The notes below the pieces were generated by a model. That model did not search any database. It was not told the DNA's origin and was given only the letters and a program-made list of their open reading frames with translations. Below are positions 18,376-29,218 of a stretch of DNA of 64,000 nt, one piece after another (within the stretch, counting starts at the first letter, position 1; each line of letters begins with the position of its first letter). The position numbers were made by a program, and so were the translations under genes. The DNA is from an uncultured virus (IMG/VR IMGVR_UViG_3300025120_014373). Taxonomy: Duplodnaviria > Heunggongvirae > Uroviricota > Caudoviricetes. The stretch lies in IMG/VR virus record IMGVR_UViG_3300025120_014373; one strand, written 5' to 3'.

Positions 18376-19304
18376 TATTGCTTTGACGTTTTAATGTGGA
18401 CAGCTTCTGGATCAATAAGATTAGCAGCATACTTCTCAATTAGATCTTGACTTGAAGCTCTAACAGGGTTAATATCGATACCCCCTCTACGAGCATATAA
18501 GCACATTACTAGTAGCTCAGATGGATCGAAAGCATCTTTTAATCTTTTATAGAAACACTCACATATCTCTTCATGAAAATGGCACTCATCTCTATATGAT
18601 ACGACATAATTCTTAATACTATGGGCATCAATAGCAGTCTTTGATTTAATATATATAAATACATCCCCCCAATCAGGCTGTGATGTAACACGGCAATTAC
18701 TTTTTAATAGACCAGAATAAAACTTTTGCTCTAAATCTCTTTCACGAATAACACCTTCTAATAAACCAGGATCTTCTGTATATTGAGTATATACAAAATC
18801 TTTATCATCATTGAGTAAATCTACATTATGGTAATCATCAATATCCCATTCTCTATTAGGACTATCAACCTTCTCATTAACCTGATGACCATCTTGGAAT
18901 TTAACTTGTACATCGGTCTGTAATATTCTACTTAGATCTTTACTTGCAGTATTTTCAAATGCAAGAACAGCTTTATCTTTATCAGCTGCCATTTTAGTCA
19001 TATTAAAAGAATTAAAGTATAATTTAATACTCTTACTTTCAACGATATACTTACTACTACAAGAGTAAATACACTTTACAACACCAGTTACAGGGCGTCC
19101 ATTATCTAGAAGGAATGAACATTCATATGCATTCCACGTATCAGATCCTACGAAAGGTAAATCATCATCGAATATATTTAAATATACTCGATTATTACTA
19201 CGAGGTTCTCTTACAAGCAACCCAGAATCATACGCACTCTTATATTGAGACGTTTGACCTAAATGCTTACTAATTCTACTATTATCTAATTCTTTATTTG
19301 CCAT
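18375..19304 (-). CDS. queF: NADPH-dependent 7-cyano-7-deazaguanine reductase (bimodular QueF)
   Basis: QueF motif VESKSIKLYFNSF, catalytic CRVTSQPDWG, FHEEICE, YARRGGIDINP. Confidence 0.95.
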   Translation of the reverse strand: MANKELDNSRISKHLGQTSQYKSAYDSGLLVREPRSNNRVYLNIFDDDLPFVGSDTWNAYECSFLLDNGRPVTGVVKCIYSCSSKYIVESKSIKLYFNSFNMTKMAADKDKAVLAFENTASKDLSRILQTDVQVKFQDGHQVNEKVDSPNREWDIDDYHNVDLLNDDKDFVYTQYTEDPGLLEGVIRERDLEQKFYSGLLKSNCRVTSQPDWGDVFIYIKSKTAIDAHSIKNYVVSYRDECHFHEEICECFYKRLKDAFDPSELLVMCLYARRGGIDINPVRASSQDLIEKYAANLIDPEAVHIKTSKQ

Positions 19305-19848
19305 AATTATCTACTATATTATAAATTGTTTTCATACGATTATCAACTGAACCACTTAACCTAATTACATTAATATTATAATGGTCAATTGCTTCTTCAA
19401 ATAAGTTAACTATAATATCACGAAACTCTTTATTTACACTACGCTCACCATCATCAACTAAGGGGATATCAGGTTCTGTATATAGTATAATATCCAATTC
19501 ACCAATCAATTTCTTAAAGAGATACTCACTATAATTATACACCTCTTTAGATACCTTTTTCATATGATATTGATATGTAGTATATATAAATCCATCTAAA
19601 ATACATCTATCTAATACTACATCTTTACCTTTAAAGTCAAAATAATTATACATATGACTATTAACAGTTAAAAGTTGAGTAAATTCGTCCCCATTTTCAT
19701 TAATATCTAGTTTATATTTCTTTTTTAAACCTCTAGTTATTTCCGGTACAAAGTTAAACTTACGAAATCTTTCATTAGTTTGTAATTTAGCAAGTAAAGT
19801 AGATTTACCTGTACTTTGAGCTCCTGTAAAACTAATAACCATGACCAA
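19294..19848 (-). CDS. P-loop nucleotide kinase-like protein (AAA_28/NadR-like)
   Basis: Walker A GAQSTGKST, DRCILD, DDGER. Confidence 0.8.
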   Translation of the reverse strand: MVMVISFTGAQSTGKSTLLAKLQTNERFRKFNFVPEITRGLKKKYKLDINENGDEFTQLLTVNSHMYNYFDFKGKDVVLDRCILDGFIYTTYQYHMKKVSKEVYNYSEYLFKKLIGELDIILYTEPDIPLVDDGERSVNKEFRDIIVNLFEEAIDHYNINVIRLSGSVDNRMKTIYNIVDNYGK

Positions 19849-20623
19849 TTATATCTTTAAAACTGTTAACGTTATATTCTATGTCTTCCATCTGTGTATC
19901 TGTAACCTTATGATCAATTAAATCAGCTAACATAATTGAAGGTTTCTCATTTAATCCTAGATTACCAGTATATCTAAGTTCCTTAATACCAGCAACCACT
20001 GGGTTAGAGGTATCTACTGACCTAATAGTTTTATCACCTACATAGTTTTTAAACTCTTTTGCAAATGAACAACCTAATAGATGGTGAGGTTTCTGATTAT
20101 TCCAAATACCATCTTTCTTTAATTGTTCTATTAATCTACGACGACCATCGCACCATCTTTCTAGTTTTGATTTACCTTTACCAGTAACTATATAGTAGCT
20201 AAAGTCAAAACTAATTGCAATATAATCAGCATTTTCTGACATATAAGTATAACAATCTACTATTTCATCGTATGTCTTACCTTGAACTGCTCCTATCTTT
20301 AAACCAGGTAGCTGTGTATACTTATTAGTAAACTCATGGAAACTTTTTATAGTTGCATAACCATCTTCTAAAACATCAGGTACAATATAATAAGAAGGTC
20401 TAAGTTCCTTTACATATTTAGCAAATTTACCTGGTTCAAAAGATTCCCCAAGTTCAAAAATACTATTATCTAAGAGAACTTCTCTACCTATTTTTACACT
20501 ATTCTTAAAATAGTCATAATACTTAGGATGGGTTTCAAATAAATGTACTAAAGCATAATCGTAATCATTATACAACTTAGATTTATCTAAAATACTAATC
20601 GGGCTTTCATGAGATACTAACAT
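19832..20623 (-). CDS. TGT/DpdA-like TIM-barrel protein
   Basis: LLDNS, VPDV, AVQG, HLLG, SVDTS correspond to TGT-fold motifs; in operon with queF. Confidence 0.7.
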   Translation of the reverse strand: MLVSHESPISILDKSKLYNDYDYALVHLFETHPKYYDYFKNSVKIGREVLLDNSIFELGESFEPGKFAKYVKELRPSYYIVPDVLEDGYATIKSFHEFTNKYTQLPGLKIGAVQGKTYDEIVDCYTYMSENADYIAISFDFSYYIVTGKGKSKLERWCDGRRRLIEQLKKDGIWNNQKPHHLLGCSFAKEFKNYVGDKTIRSVDTSNPVVAGIKELRYTGNLGLNEKPSIMLADLIDHKVTDTQMEDIEYNVNSFKDIIGHGY

Positions 20624-20629
20624 ACTATA

Positions 20630-20657
20630 ATTATATAGACAGAAAATGATATATCAA
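20630..20657 (-). promoter_or_regulatory. Sigma70-like promoter of the deazaguanine operon
   Basis: Minus strand TTGATA-N16-TATAAT, 6 nt before ATG 20623. Confidence 0.6.
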
Positions 20658-20673
20658 GTAAATATATATATAT

Positions 20674-21672
20674 ATGGCGTTCGGACTTAATATAAATTTT
20701 AATAGTATTATTGGTAATATTACCAATAATTTAAAAAGTATAGCTGCTTCTAAACTACAAAATCTTTCCAGTATGGTTAAAACTAGCTTAATAAGTCAAG
20801 CTACAGGTAATTTACTTGGTAATATTCAAGGTTTAATAGGGTCGAGTTTAAATTTAAATCTATCAAAATTAACTGGGGGAATAAATTTTGCTAATGGTTT
20901 AAAAGGTTTACCATTTCCATCTTTAGCTAATTTAAATTTAAATTCCCTATACGGTTTAATTGATGAAAATATAGGGGTGAATTTAAATAAATTTACTAAA
21001 ACTATTATCGGTAAATATAATAAGCTTAGTTTGGATGATATTTCATTAGGAGATAAATTAAATGCTGCTTTGGATAGCCAATTAGATGATATTGGTAGTG
21101 AAATTGAAGCAGGTATAATTGCAGGTAAAAGTTCACTTAATGCTATTAGTGATATTAGCAACCTTTCAAATACCCAAATACGAGATTTTACATTTAGCCC
21201 CGATAAACAGTTAGGATTTGTTAATAATTTAACACAACAATATAAAGATAAAATTTTTAATTTATCGTTCAATAGTATTTCTGAAAATTCTATATTTGAT
21301 ACTCAGATAACCGATATATCTAATAATAGTGTTGATAGTTTTGTAAGTACATTTAATCCAAATTTTTCGTTTTTTGATAAAAATATTATAGATGAAGCTT
21401 CAATTTCAAAGGATACAATCGCTGGTCAGCAGTTTAAGCTTACTAATATAACTAAAGTTGTACCACCAATTGCAAGAAATGTTGATATAGTGAATAGATT
21501 TAACAAAGAAGAACAAACGTTAAATTATCTAGAAACATTTAATGATGAATTTAAAGTTGCTGATAATATTGACCCTGTACCATCTCAAAGATTTGTAGAT
21601 ATAATAGACCCAGATACCAAAGAAATAATTGGTATAGAAGATCGATTACAAGGGGTAATAAGACCAGTATAA
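20674..21672 (+). CDS. Hypothetical late protein upstream of gp5
   Basis: 332 aa N/L/S/G-rich ORF with upstream TAAATA. Confidence 0.6.
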   Translation: MAFGLNINFNSIIGNITNNLKSIAASKLQNLSSMVKTSLISQATGNLLGNIQGLIGSSLNLNLSKLTGGINFANGLKGLPFPSLANLNLNSLYGLIDENIGVNLNKFTKTIIGKYNKLSLDDISLGDKLNAALDSQLDDIGSEIEAGIIAGKSSLNAISDISNLSNTQIRDFTFSPDKQLGFVNNLTQQYKDKIFNLSFNSISENSIFDTQITDISNNSVDSFVSTFNPNFSFFDKNIIDEASISKDTIAGQQFKLTNITKVVPPIARNVDIVNRFNKEEQTLNYLETFNDEFKVADNIDPVPSQRFVDIIDPDTKEIIGIEDRLQGVIRPV

Positions 21673-21724
21673 AATAAACTATAACATTGTAATGAGCGAT
21701 ATTTAATTTAAATATAAAGATAAT

Positions 21725-24112
21725 ATGGAAAAAGAATTTAATAGTATATATTTGGGTATAGTAGTTCAAAATAATGACCCTAAAAAAAGAGGTAGGGTTA
21801 AAGTATTTGTACCTCATTTATCTCCTACTGTATATGAAAATTGGGTACAAGATAATACAGATAAATACTTTAAGTCAATCGATGGTCAATTACAACCTAT
21901 AATGGCCAAACTTAAGACGATTTTACCATGGGCTGAAGTTAGTTGCCCACTAACAAGTGAAAATACATCTAAGCGATATAATAATTATACTAATAAAGCA
22001 ACTGTATCTGATACCAATTCTTTTGCTAATTTAAGTGCAGATGGTTCAGCTTCGACTGGAGAAATATATGATCAAAGTATGTTTAGATTAAGTGATGCTT
22101 TTAGTGATAATAGTAATAATGTTAATAATATAAATCCATACTCTTTTAACTATAAACCTAATACTTACTCTAATAAAGCAAAAGGCTCATTTGGAATTCC
22201 AAGCGTCGGTGCTCATGTTTATGTATTTTTCAGAGATGGTAATACTCAGTTTCCTGTCTTAATAGGCACATCATTTGGTAAAGAGGATTGGCAGGGTATA
22301 TACGACAGTGAGGTAGATTACCCTGGAAAATATGAAAATTATGATAGTAGTTCTACTGAAGAAGATTATAACGTAAAAACTTATAGGAACAAATATGTTC
22401 TAAATCAAAAAGGGGGTACTTTTGAAATTAACAATACTGATCATAATGAAAAAATAAAATTAACCCATTATTCAGGTTCCTTTAAAGAGTTTAATAATAA
22501 TACCAATTCAGAACTAGCTACTAAAAATAATCAAAAGCTTGTTATTAATGATGAATTCAACACTGTTAAAGGATTTAAAAATGAATTTACTGGTAAAAAT
22601 TATGATGAAATTGTTTTACGTGATAAGTATAAAAAAATTGGTAATTTGAACGATGCATTCTTTGATGAATGGAAGCAAGCTTTTGGTGTAATACAAGATA
22701 TGAAACAATTGTTTGATATAAAAAGAACTGGAAATAATAATATTACATCCAACGGTGATATTATTTTAAGACTTAATAGTATTGATCAGGAAAGAGCTGG
22801 ATCGTTTGCTAATTTCCCTGTAACAACATCTAAAGAATATTTAGCTTTAAACAATATAAATACATTTCTTGGTTCTGGTTTTCCTGAATTAAATATATCA
22901 GGGACTTTTAACGGTGGTCTAGCTCCTTATTATGATAATAACCTTAGAGTATTAGCAACAGGTACCGACCCTAAACCCGCACCCAGTTCCAATATAGGTA
23001 CTACTGATGATGCTTGGCCTGGTGAATCAGGTAATACGTTCAGTAACGGAAAAGGTAAGAGTCCATCAACTCAAGACGGTAATTGGAAATCAGAAGACAA
23101 AAATTTAAGTGAAGAAATAATAAAAGTTCAAGCTGATTTAATGATTAAAGAAAGAGATTTCGGGCTTGGTGGTAGTGAAATTATTGAGATTAGTAAAAAT
23201 AAATTAGAAAATATTGGTACTGTAATGAATGATTATGGTAGTATTAGATTTGACCCTATTGGTAAGTTAGTAAATAATGAAGTATTAGTCAGTAGTAAAA
23301 GTACATATACAAATAGTAATTCAGGTCCTTTATTAGAATACGTCGATGTTCAGGATTTACCAGGAGGAACATATAATTTAAACGTTAATAATAGATATAA
23401 TGTAATGGTCGGAGCTGGTGGTATTAATTTAAAGTCATACGGACCGACAAATATATCAGGCTCAATAACTAATATAGCTGGTCAACAAGTTAATATTGGT
23501 TCTGAAAATGAAATTAATTTAGATGCTAAAGTTATTAATATAAGTGCAGAAATTTTAAAACTACGTAATAAAAGACAAAGACAGGTTTTAATAGATAGTA
23601 GTCTTGGGGTGAATAAGAACGTAATAATTGGTGGTGGGTTATCGGTAGAAGGGGAAACTTACCTACAACATGTAACCGCACCAGCAGAAACGCAAGTAAC
23701 TAATACTACGCAAGTATTAGGTCAAACCGTACAAGGAGCTATTATTGGGTTTGTAAATTATTTTTGGACCGATAATGCTGGTTCAGCCACTGTACCAGTG
23801 TACGGTGGTACACAAACCGGTATACCGATAGCTGATACAATTGCAACTTACCCCCATACTCATACATTTAATAATCTACCTTTAACTTTGACTGATAGTA
23901 ATGAAAGTGTACGTAATTCAGCTAAAAATAGTGGTATTAATGGTGAGCAAAGAGTTACTGCTACCCCGCAATTTAATACTCAAAAAAGTGGTATAACTAT
24001 TAACGAAACATATGCTAAAACATTGTCAAGTGAAGCTACCTATGGAGCACCCACTAACGCTCAAACATATACAGGAAATACTTCAGCTAATTATGGTGGA
24101 GGGTTTACTTAA
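21725..24112 (+). CDS. gp5: Baseplate hub/spike protein gp5-like
   Basis: N-terminal OB-fold YLGIVVQNNDP..RGRVKV, LPWA, P.VG..V.VFF.DG, H.SGSF.E, C-terminal beta repeats and HTH. Confidence 0.85.
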   Translation: MEKEFNSIYLGIVVQNNDPKKRGRVKVFVPHLSPTVYENWVQDNTDKYFKSIDGQLQPIMAKLKTILPWAEVSCPLTSENTSKRYNNYTNKATVSDTNSFANLSADGSASTGEIYDQSMFRLSDAFSDNSNNVNNINPYSFNYKPNTYSNKAKGSFGIPSVGAHVYVFFRDGNTQFPVLIGTSFGKEDWQGIYDSEVDYPGKYENYDSSSTEEDYNVKTYRNKYVLNQKGGTFEINNTDHNEKIKLTHYSGSFKEFNNNTNSELATKNNQKLVINDEFNTVKGFKNEFTGKNYDEIVLRDKYKKIGNLNDAFFDEWKQAFGVIQDMKQLFDIKRTGNNNITSNGDIILRLNSIDQERAGSFANFPVTTSKEYLALNNINTFLGSGFPELNISGTFNGGLAPYYDNNLRVLATGTDPKPAPSSNIGTTDDAWPGESGNTFSNGKGKSPSTQDGNWKSEDKNLSEEIIKVQADLMIKERDFGLGGSEIIEISKNKLENIGTVMNDYGSIRFDPIGKLVNNEVLVSSKSTYTNSNSGPLLEYVDVQDLPGGTYNLNVNNRYNVMVGAGGINLKSYGPTNISGSITNIAGQQVNIGSENEINLDAKVINISAEILKLRNKRQRQVLIDSSLGVNKNVIIGGGLSVEGETYLQHVTAPAETQVTNTTQVLGQTVQGAIIGFVNYFWTDNAGSATVPVYGGTQTGIPIADTIATYPHTHTFNNLPLTLTDSNESVRNSAKNSGINGEQRVTATPQFNTQKSGITINETYAKTLSSEATYGAPTNAQTYTGNTSANYGGGFT

Positions 24113-24147
24113 TTTGATAGTTATTAACCTTTATTAAATATTATAGT

Positions 24148-26886
24148 ATGATAAAATTCACAGAGTATGTTGTTAATAATAGTATAACTAATACTTTATC
24201 TGACGATAAATTTGACGTTGGTAGCCCATTTAATTTTATTGAGTATTTAAATTATGTAAAAGTTATTGATACTAATGATTTGGAAAATTTCAATCAATAT
24301 AAAAAATACTTAGAAAAGTGGAAAGAAACTGATTTCAATAATAATAAAAACAACTCAGTTAATATAAGATCAATTTATCTAAATTTCTTCAATGATTTAA
24401 CTTTAAAATATTCTACACAAGAACAAAGAAGATTCTTCAATACTATTGATTTTTATAATCAAGATTCTTTAACTAAGATAATACCGTTTTATAGAGCAAA
24501 AATAGTAGAAATTTTAGATTACTATAGAGAAAAAAGAAATACGTTTCAGAGAGAGTTAAGAGAAAAACAAGGTAAAGGCAGTAATATAAGTGTTAAAGAT
24601 CAAATTAGAAATAACATTACTAATTTTTTTAATAGTCCTGATTACACCGGAGATGTTGTTTCATTGTCATCTTTAAGAATTAATGTAGAATTAGGTTATG
24701 ATACATTTAACGATTATTTTGATGTTAACCCACTGTCTGTAGAAGCAAACGAAACGTATATTGTTAATGATATAAATGTAAATTCATTTTTAGATATTGA
24801 TCAAGCATTAGTAGAGGTGCTAAATAACAATAAAATTACTCTTACCGAATTAAACCCATATAAATTAGTAGTAGAGTTTAATGAAGCTAATACAAGTCTA
24901 TTGCGTCGAGATGATTTTATAGATTATAAAATAACAAATAGTAAAGACACTTATAGAGTTCTTTTTGAAGCTGAATTATCGGAACATTTAGTAGGTACTG
25001 ATTATTATTATTTGAGCAATACTGGTACTGAATTTGTTTCAGGTAAATTGTTTGAAGCCAAAAATAAAGCAAAAAATTTATTTAATATTAACTTTCCTTC
25101 AGTAATGGCTAAAGAAAAAATACCAAGTAATTTTGAAAGAAATATTGGTTTGTTTTTTAACCCTACTAAATTTTCCATTTTAAAAGTAGACGGTGAATAC
25201 ATAAGAAAAATAAAATCTAAATTAATTGATAATTATGTATATGTTTTTCCAGACCCCGATCAATATGGTGACGTTGTAAACCTAAGTAACACAAAAAGAA
25301 AAAACCCCTTTAACTTCTATTTTAATAATAATAGTTATAAGAATATTTCCTCTTCCTCTTCACGTAATACGGTTAAAGCTAATGAAAGAAATCACTATTT
25401 TCATTCATATCAATCAATAGAAAATAAACGTATCAATATTAATAATAGCGGTCAATTCCCAAATTCAGTTAATGATCTAATTAATTATGGTTCAATAGAT
25501 AAAATTGAAACTGATATTTACGGTAATGAGTATATACAAGTGATACCTAATAAAGGTGTAATCAGAAATACAGCTGATATAGATATCGTTCAAAATGCTA
25601 TATTTGAATCAGGTAATACAATTGATATTTCTGAAAATCGATACGGAGTTGTTGAACAACTATCAGGTTTTAGTAATAAAATTAATAGTTTTAAGTCAAT
25701 ATATGTGAAAGATGCAGTAACAAAAATATTGAAACCGTTATCTAGTTCAAACTTTAATACTATATATAATAAATTTACACATAATAGTACTTTATATAAT
25801 CAGATTACTAGTTCTGATATCTTAGATATTAATGTTTATGATGATACATATAGTATAGATTTAAGTTCATTTTCAATTGTTGATGCTTTTAATTATAACG
25901 GTAACTATATAGAACAAATAATTTCTCCTTTAATAATTAAAAAAGATCTAACCCAGCCTAGTTTTGCTTTTATTACGAAAGATTGTTATAATAACGGTTC
26001 AATATATAAATTTAATATAAGTTTATCAGGCTCAAGTAATTCAAATACATTTCGTTACGAATTATATAAGTTTGACACTCAAAAGAAAACTATAGATGAG
26101 ATAAGCACCAGAAATACAGAAACATCTTCTTACTTTTTAAATACATTCAATTTTAATTCACCTGATGCTAGTGTAACAATTGATAGACTAGTTAATAGTG
26201 ATTTAAAATATAACAGTTACGATAATTCTTATATTTTAACAACCACTTTCTTAAATCAAAACGAATCACTAATAATACATTATTTTAATTATAAATTAAT
26301 TAATAATAAAATTTCTATTATTGTTAATGACCTTTTTACAAATTTTAATAATTCAGCTATTGTAAGTACAAGAAATGCAGTTATAAATGCAGCTCAATTA
26401 TCAGATACGTTCAACTTTTTATCAGGTTCAGGGGATTTAACTTTACCATCATTATCATTTCCAGAAGATGATTTCTCTAGAACGGTTACTTTTGCCTACT
26501 CCGGTACAACTGATATAAATTTTGATTTACAAAATGTTATACAATTATCAGCCAGTATGAGTTTGTATAAAGCGGAGATAGATTATGGTGATGATAATAC
26601 TGATACAGTATATTCAAAGTTTCAAATATCTGATAATACACTTAACTTAAGTAATTTTAACCATACTTATACTTCATTTAATGATGCAATATCTTCAACC
26701 GGTTCAATAAAATTACATTATGAAAATGGAGGTTTAACTACTGTTAATTTAGTTGCTATAAAATTAATTTCAGACTTAACATCATTGGAGTTAAAAGCTA
26801 TTAACGGTCAAAAAACTAACAACGATAATTTTGTATTTAATTTGATTGATAAAAATAATACTTTATATAATTTTATTAGTACATAA
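24148..26886 (+). CDS. Large virion structural protein, probable baseplate wedge component
   Basis: 912 aa between gp5 and gp25; C-terminal PKD-like IDYGDD. Confidence 0.55.
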   Translation: MIKFTEYVVNNSITNTLSDDKFDVGSPFNFIEYLNYVKVIDTNDLENFNQYKKYLEKWKETDFNNNKNNSVNIRSIYLNFFNDLTLKYSTQEQRRFFNTIDFYNQDSLTKIIPFYRAKIVEILDYYREKRNTFQRELREKQGKGSNISVKDQIRNNITNFFNSPDYTGDVVSLSSLRINVELGYDTFNDYFDVNPLSVEANETYIVNDINVNSFLDIDQALVEVLNNNKITLTELNPYKLVVEFNEANTSLLRRDDFIDYKITNSKDTYRVLFEAELSEHLVGTDYYYLSNTGTEFVSGKLFEAKNKAKNLFNINFPSVMAKEKIPSNFERNIGLFFNPTKFSILKVDGEYIRKIKSKLIDNYVYVFPDPDQYGDVVNLSNTKRKNPFNFYFNNNSYKNISSSSSRNTVKANERNHYFHSYQSIENKRININNSGQFPNSVNDLINYGSIDKIETDIYGNEYIQVIPNKGVIRNTADIDIVQNAIFESGNTIDISENRYGVVEQLSGFSNKINSFKSIYVKDAVTKILKPLSSSNFNTIYNKFTHNSTLYNQITSSDILDINVYDDTYSIDLSSFSIVDAFNYNGNYIEQIISPLIIKKDLTQPSFAFITKDCYNNGSIYKFNISLSGSSNSNTFRYELYKFDTQKKTIDEISTRNTETSSYFLNTFNFNSPDASVTIDRLVNSDLKYNSYDNSYILTTTFLNQNESLIIHYFNYKLINNKISIIVNDLFTNFNNSAIVSTRNAVINAAQLSDTFNFLSGSGDLTLPSLSFPEDDFSRTVTFAYSGTTDINFDLQNVIQLSASMSLYKAEIDYGDDNTDTVYSKFQISDNTLNLSNFNHTYTSFNDAISSTGSIKLHYENGGLTTVNLVAIKLISDLTSLELKAINGQKTNNDNFVFNLIDKNNTLYNFIST

Positions 26887-26907
26887 TAACTTTTACTAAA
26901 TATCTAT

Positions 26908-27381
26908 ATGCCTATAAAACTAAATATTTTAGAACCTATAAAAAATCAGACTGATGATATACTTTATAGAGACATTGACTTAAATGTAAATGTAGGTATA
27001 GTAAAAGGAGACCAATTAAACAGCCCAGAAAATTTAAAAGATTTAAATACATCAGTTAACTTTGAAGCTATAAAAAATTCATTAATTAATTTAATAACTA
27101 CCTTTCCGGGGCAAAAAATACTTAACCCAGAATTTGGTATGAACTTTGGAGATCTATTATTCTTACCTGTATCAAAAGCAAGAGCTACAGTTATAGGTGA
27201 GACTATAAGTAATTCTTTTGTTGGTTTTGAACCAAGAATACAAATAACTGAGATTGAAGTTATAGCAGATATCGAAGTAGGGGAATATGAATTAAATCTA
27301 GTAATTAATATACCCGAATTCAATAATAATCCTCTAAATTTAAAAGGTAGATTAAACAAATCTGGTTTTTATAGTTATTAA
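26908..27381 (+). CDS. gp25: Baseplate wedge protein gp25
   Basis: AIKNSLINL..T.PGQKILNPEFG, FEPRI. Confidence 0.92.
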   Translation: MPIKLNILEPIKNQTDDILYRDIDLNVNVGIVKGDQLNSPENLKDLNTSVNFEAIKNSLINLITTFPGQKILNPEFGMNFGDLLFLPVSKARATVIGETISNSFVGFEPRIQITEIEVIADIEVGEYELNLVINIPEFNNNPLNLKGRLNKSGFYSY

Positions 27382-27393
27382 TTAAATATATTT

Positions 27394-29217
27394 ATGGCGA
27401 AGGAAAATTTAACTGATTTTAGTCTATCAAGAGATAGTTATACTGCTTTTGATGCAAAATCACTAAAAGAACTAATTCAAACAAGATTGAATCAAGGGGA
27501 GGTGTACACTGACCAGTCTTTTGAAGGTAGTAATATGTCATCTATAATTGACGTTATTGCTTATAGTTACCATTTACTTTTATTTTATCTTAATCAAACG
27601 TCTGCTGAGTCGATGTTTACTGATACTAGTATATATGAAAATATGAACAGAATCGTTAAATTGATTGATTATAAGCCAAAAGGTTACCAAACTTCATTAC
27701 TTTCATTTAATTTAAAAGCAACAAGTTTATTACCACAAGACGCGTATACAATTAAACGGTATAGCTATTTTGTGACTGGAGGGTTATATTATTCATTTAT
27801 TAGTGATAGTACTTTTAACAAGACAGTACCAGGTGATCAAAATTTAAAGAATTTTTCAAGTGAAAATATTTTAAGAGAGGGTCAATATTTTGAGTACCCT
27901 GAAATAACTGCATTAGGAGAAGATTTTGAATCTGTAATTTTAGCAGTACGGAGCAACGACGATAATTTAAAAATTAATATAGATAGTAGCTCTATTGGTG
28001 TATATGTTCAGGATGCTGATACTAAAAAAACTTTTGAATATACTGAAACGTCTAGTTTATTTTTAGAAAATTCAGATTCAACTGTATTTGAAAAACGATT
28101 AAATGAAAACGGTCTTTACGAATTTAAATTTGGTAATGGGGTATTTGGTAAAAAACTTAATGAAGGTGATAGTATTTTTATATATTATATACAAAGTTCA
28201 GGCGAAGCAGGGGTTATATCGCCGGGAGTATTAGATGGTAATAAATTAATTTTATATACAACACCTAGATTCAATCAAATTAGTCAAGATATATATAACA
28301 ATACATTTAATTTTTTAACTACGCAGCAACTTCAGTATTTAAGTTTTTCGAACAGCTTACAATCAACACCACCGGTAGAAAAAGAAGATACGGAAACTAT
28401 TAGAAATAATGCTGCTAAAAATTTCCAATTACAAAACAGAATTATAACCTTGAAAGATTATAATGATTTTCTTTCTACTAATTTTTCACAAGTTTTGAAA
28501 TCATTTAATGTAGTTAATAATGATGATTATGTTGATCAGTATTTAAATTATTTTTTAAATATCGGTTTAAATAAACCAAATGATGATAGTAGAGTTCTTT
28601 TTAACCAGGTAAATTTTAATTCTATAAATCAAATTAATAACGTTTATTTATTTTTAGTATCTAAATTTAACAATGTTGATGAAAATGATAATCTTAATTT
28701 TGTTTCAACCTCTCAAAAATCATCAATTATAAATTCATTTAAAGAGCAACAACAGGCTAATATTAATATTGTCCCTGTTGACCCGGTATACACTTCGTTT
28801 AGTTTAGGAGCTAGAACCGGGGAAAATGAAATTATTACTAAAGATATAAACAATGAGTCTTTTTTAGTTATAAAGAGAAACGTATTAAGTAATTCAAGCA
28901 CAGAAGCAACAAAAGAAAGAATTAATAATATATTTATTAATTATTTCGATTCTTTAAATTTAGGTAGTTTAGTAAGTTTAAAAGAAATAAGTAATCAAAT
29001 TTTCAATATTGAAGGTATTGAAGATATACGAACAAGACGAATTGTTAATAATGTCCAAGTTAATGAAGTTGAAGGAATTAGTCTTGTCGTTTATAACCCA
29101 ATATATCCTGATAATGATATACATATAATTGGTAGTGATATTAAATTACCATTCTTTAAGTACCCTTACCTTTCAAATAAAACCATACTATCTAATATTA
29201 TTGTAGAGAACGCATAA
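27394..29217 (+). CDS. gp6: Baseplate wedge protein gp6
   Basis: FEGSNMS.IIDV.AY, FGNGVFGK, QNRIITLKDY. Confidence 0.92.
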   Translation: MAKENLTDFSLSRDSYTAFDAKSLKELIQTRLNQGEVYTDQSFEGSNMSSIIDVIAYSYHLLLFYLNQTSAESMFTDTSIYENMNRIVKLIDYKPKGYQTSLLSFNLKATSLLPQDAYTIKRYSYFVTGGLYYSFISDSTFNKTVPGDQNLKNFSSENILREGQYFEYPEITALGEDFESVILAVRSNDDNLKINIDSSSIGVYVQDADTKKTFEYTETSSLFLENSDSTVFEKRLNENGLYEFKFGNGVFGKKLNEGDSIFIYYIQSSGEAGVISPGVLDGNKLILYTTPRFNQISQDIYNNTFNFLTTQQLQYLSFSNSLQSTPPVEKEDTETIRNNAAKNFQLQNRIITLKDYNDFLSTNFSQVLKSFNVVNNDDYVDQYLNYFLNIGLNKPNDDSRVLFNQVNFNSINQINNVYLFLVSKFNNVDENDNLNFVSTSQKSSIINSFKEQQQANINIVPVDPVYTSFSLGARTGENEIITKDINNESFLVIKRNVLSNSSTEATKERINNIFINYFDSLNLGSLVSLKEISNQIFNIEGIEDIRTRRIVNNVQVNEVEGISLVVYNPIYPDNDIHIIGSDIKLPFFKYPYLSNKTILSNIIVENA

Positions 29218-29218
29218 A

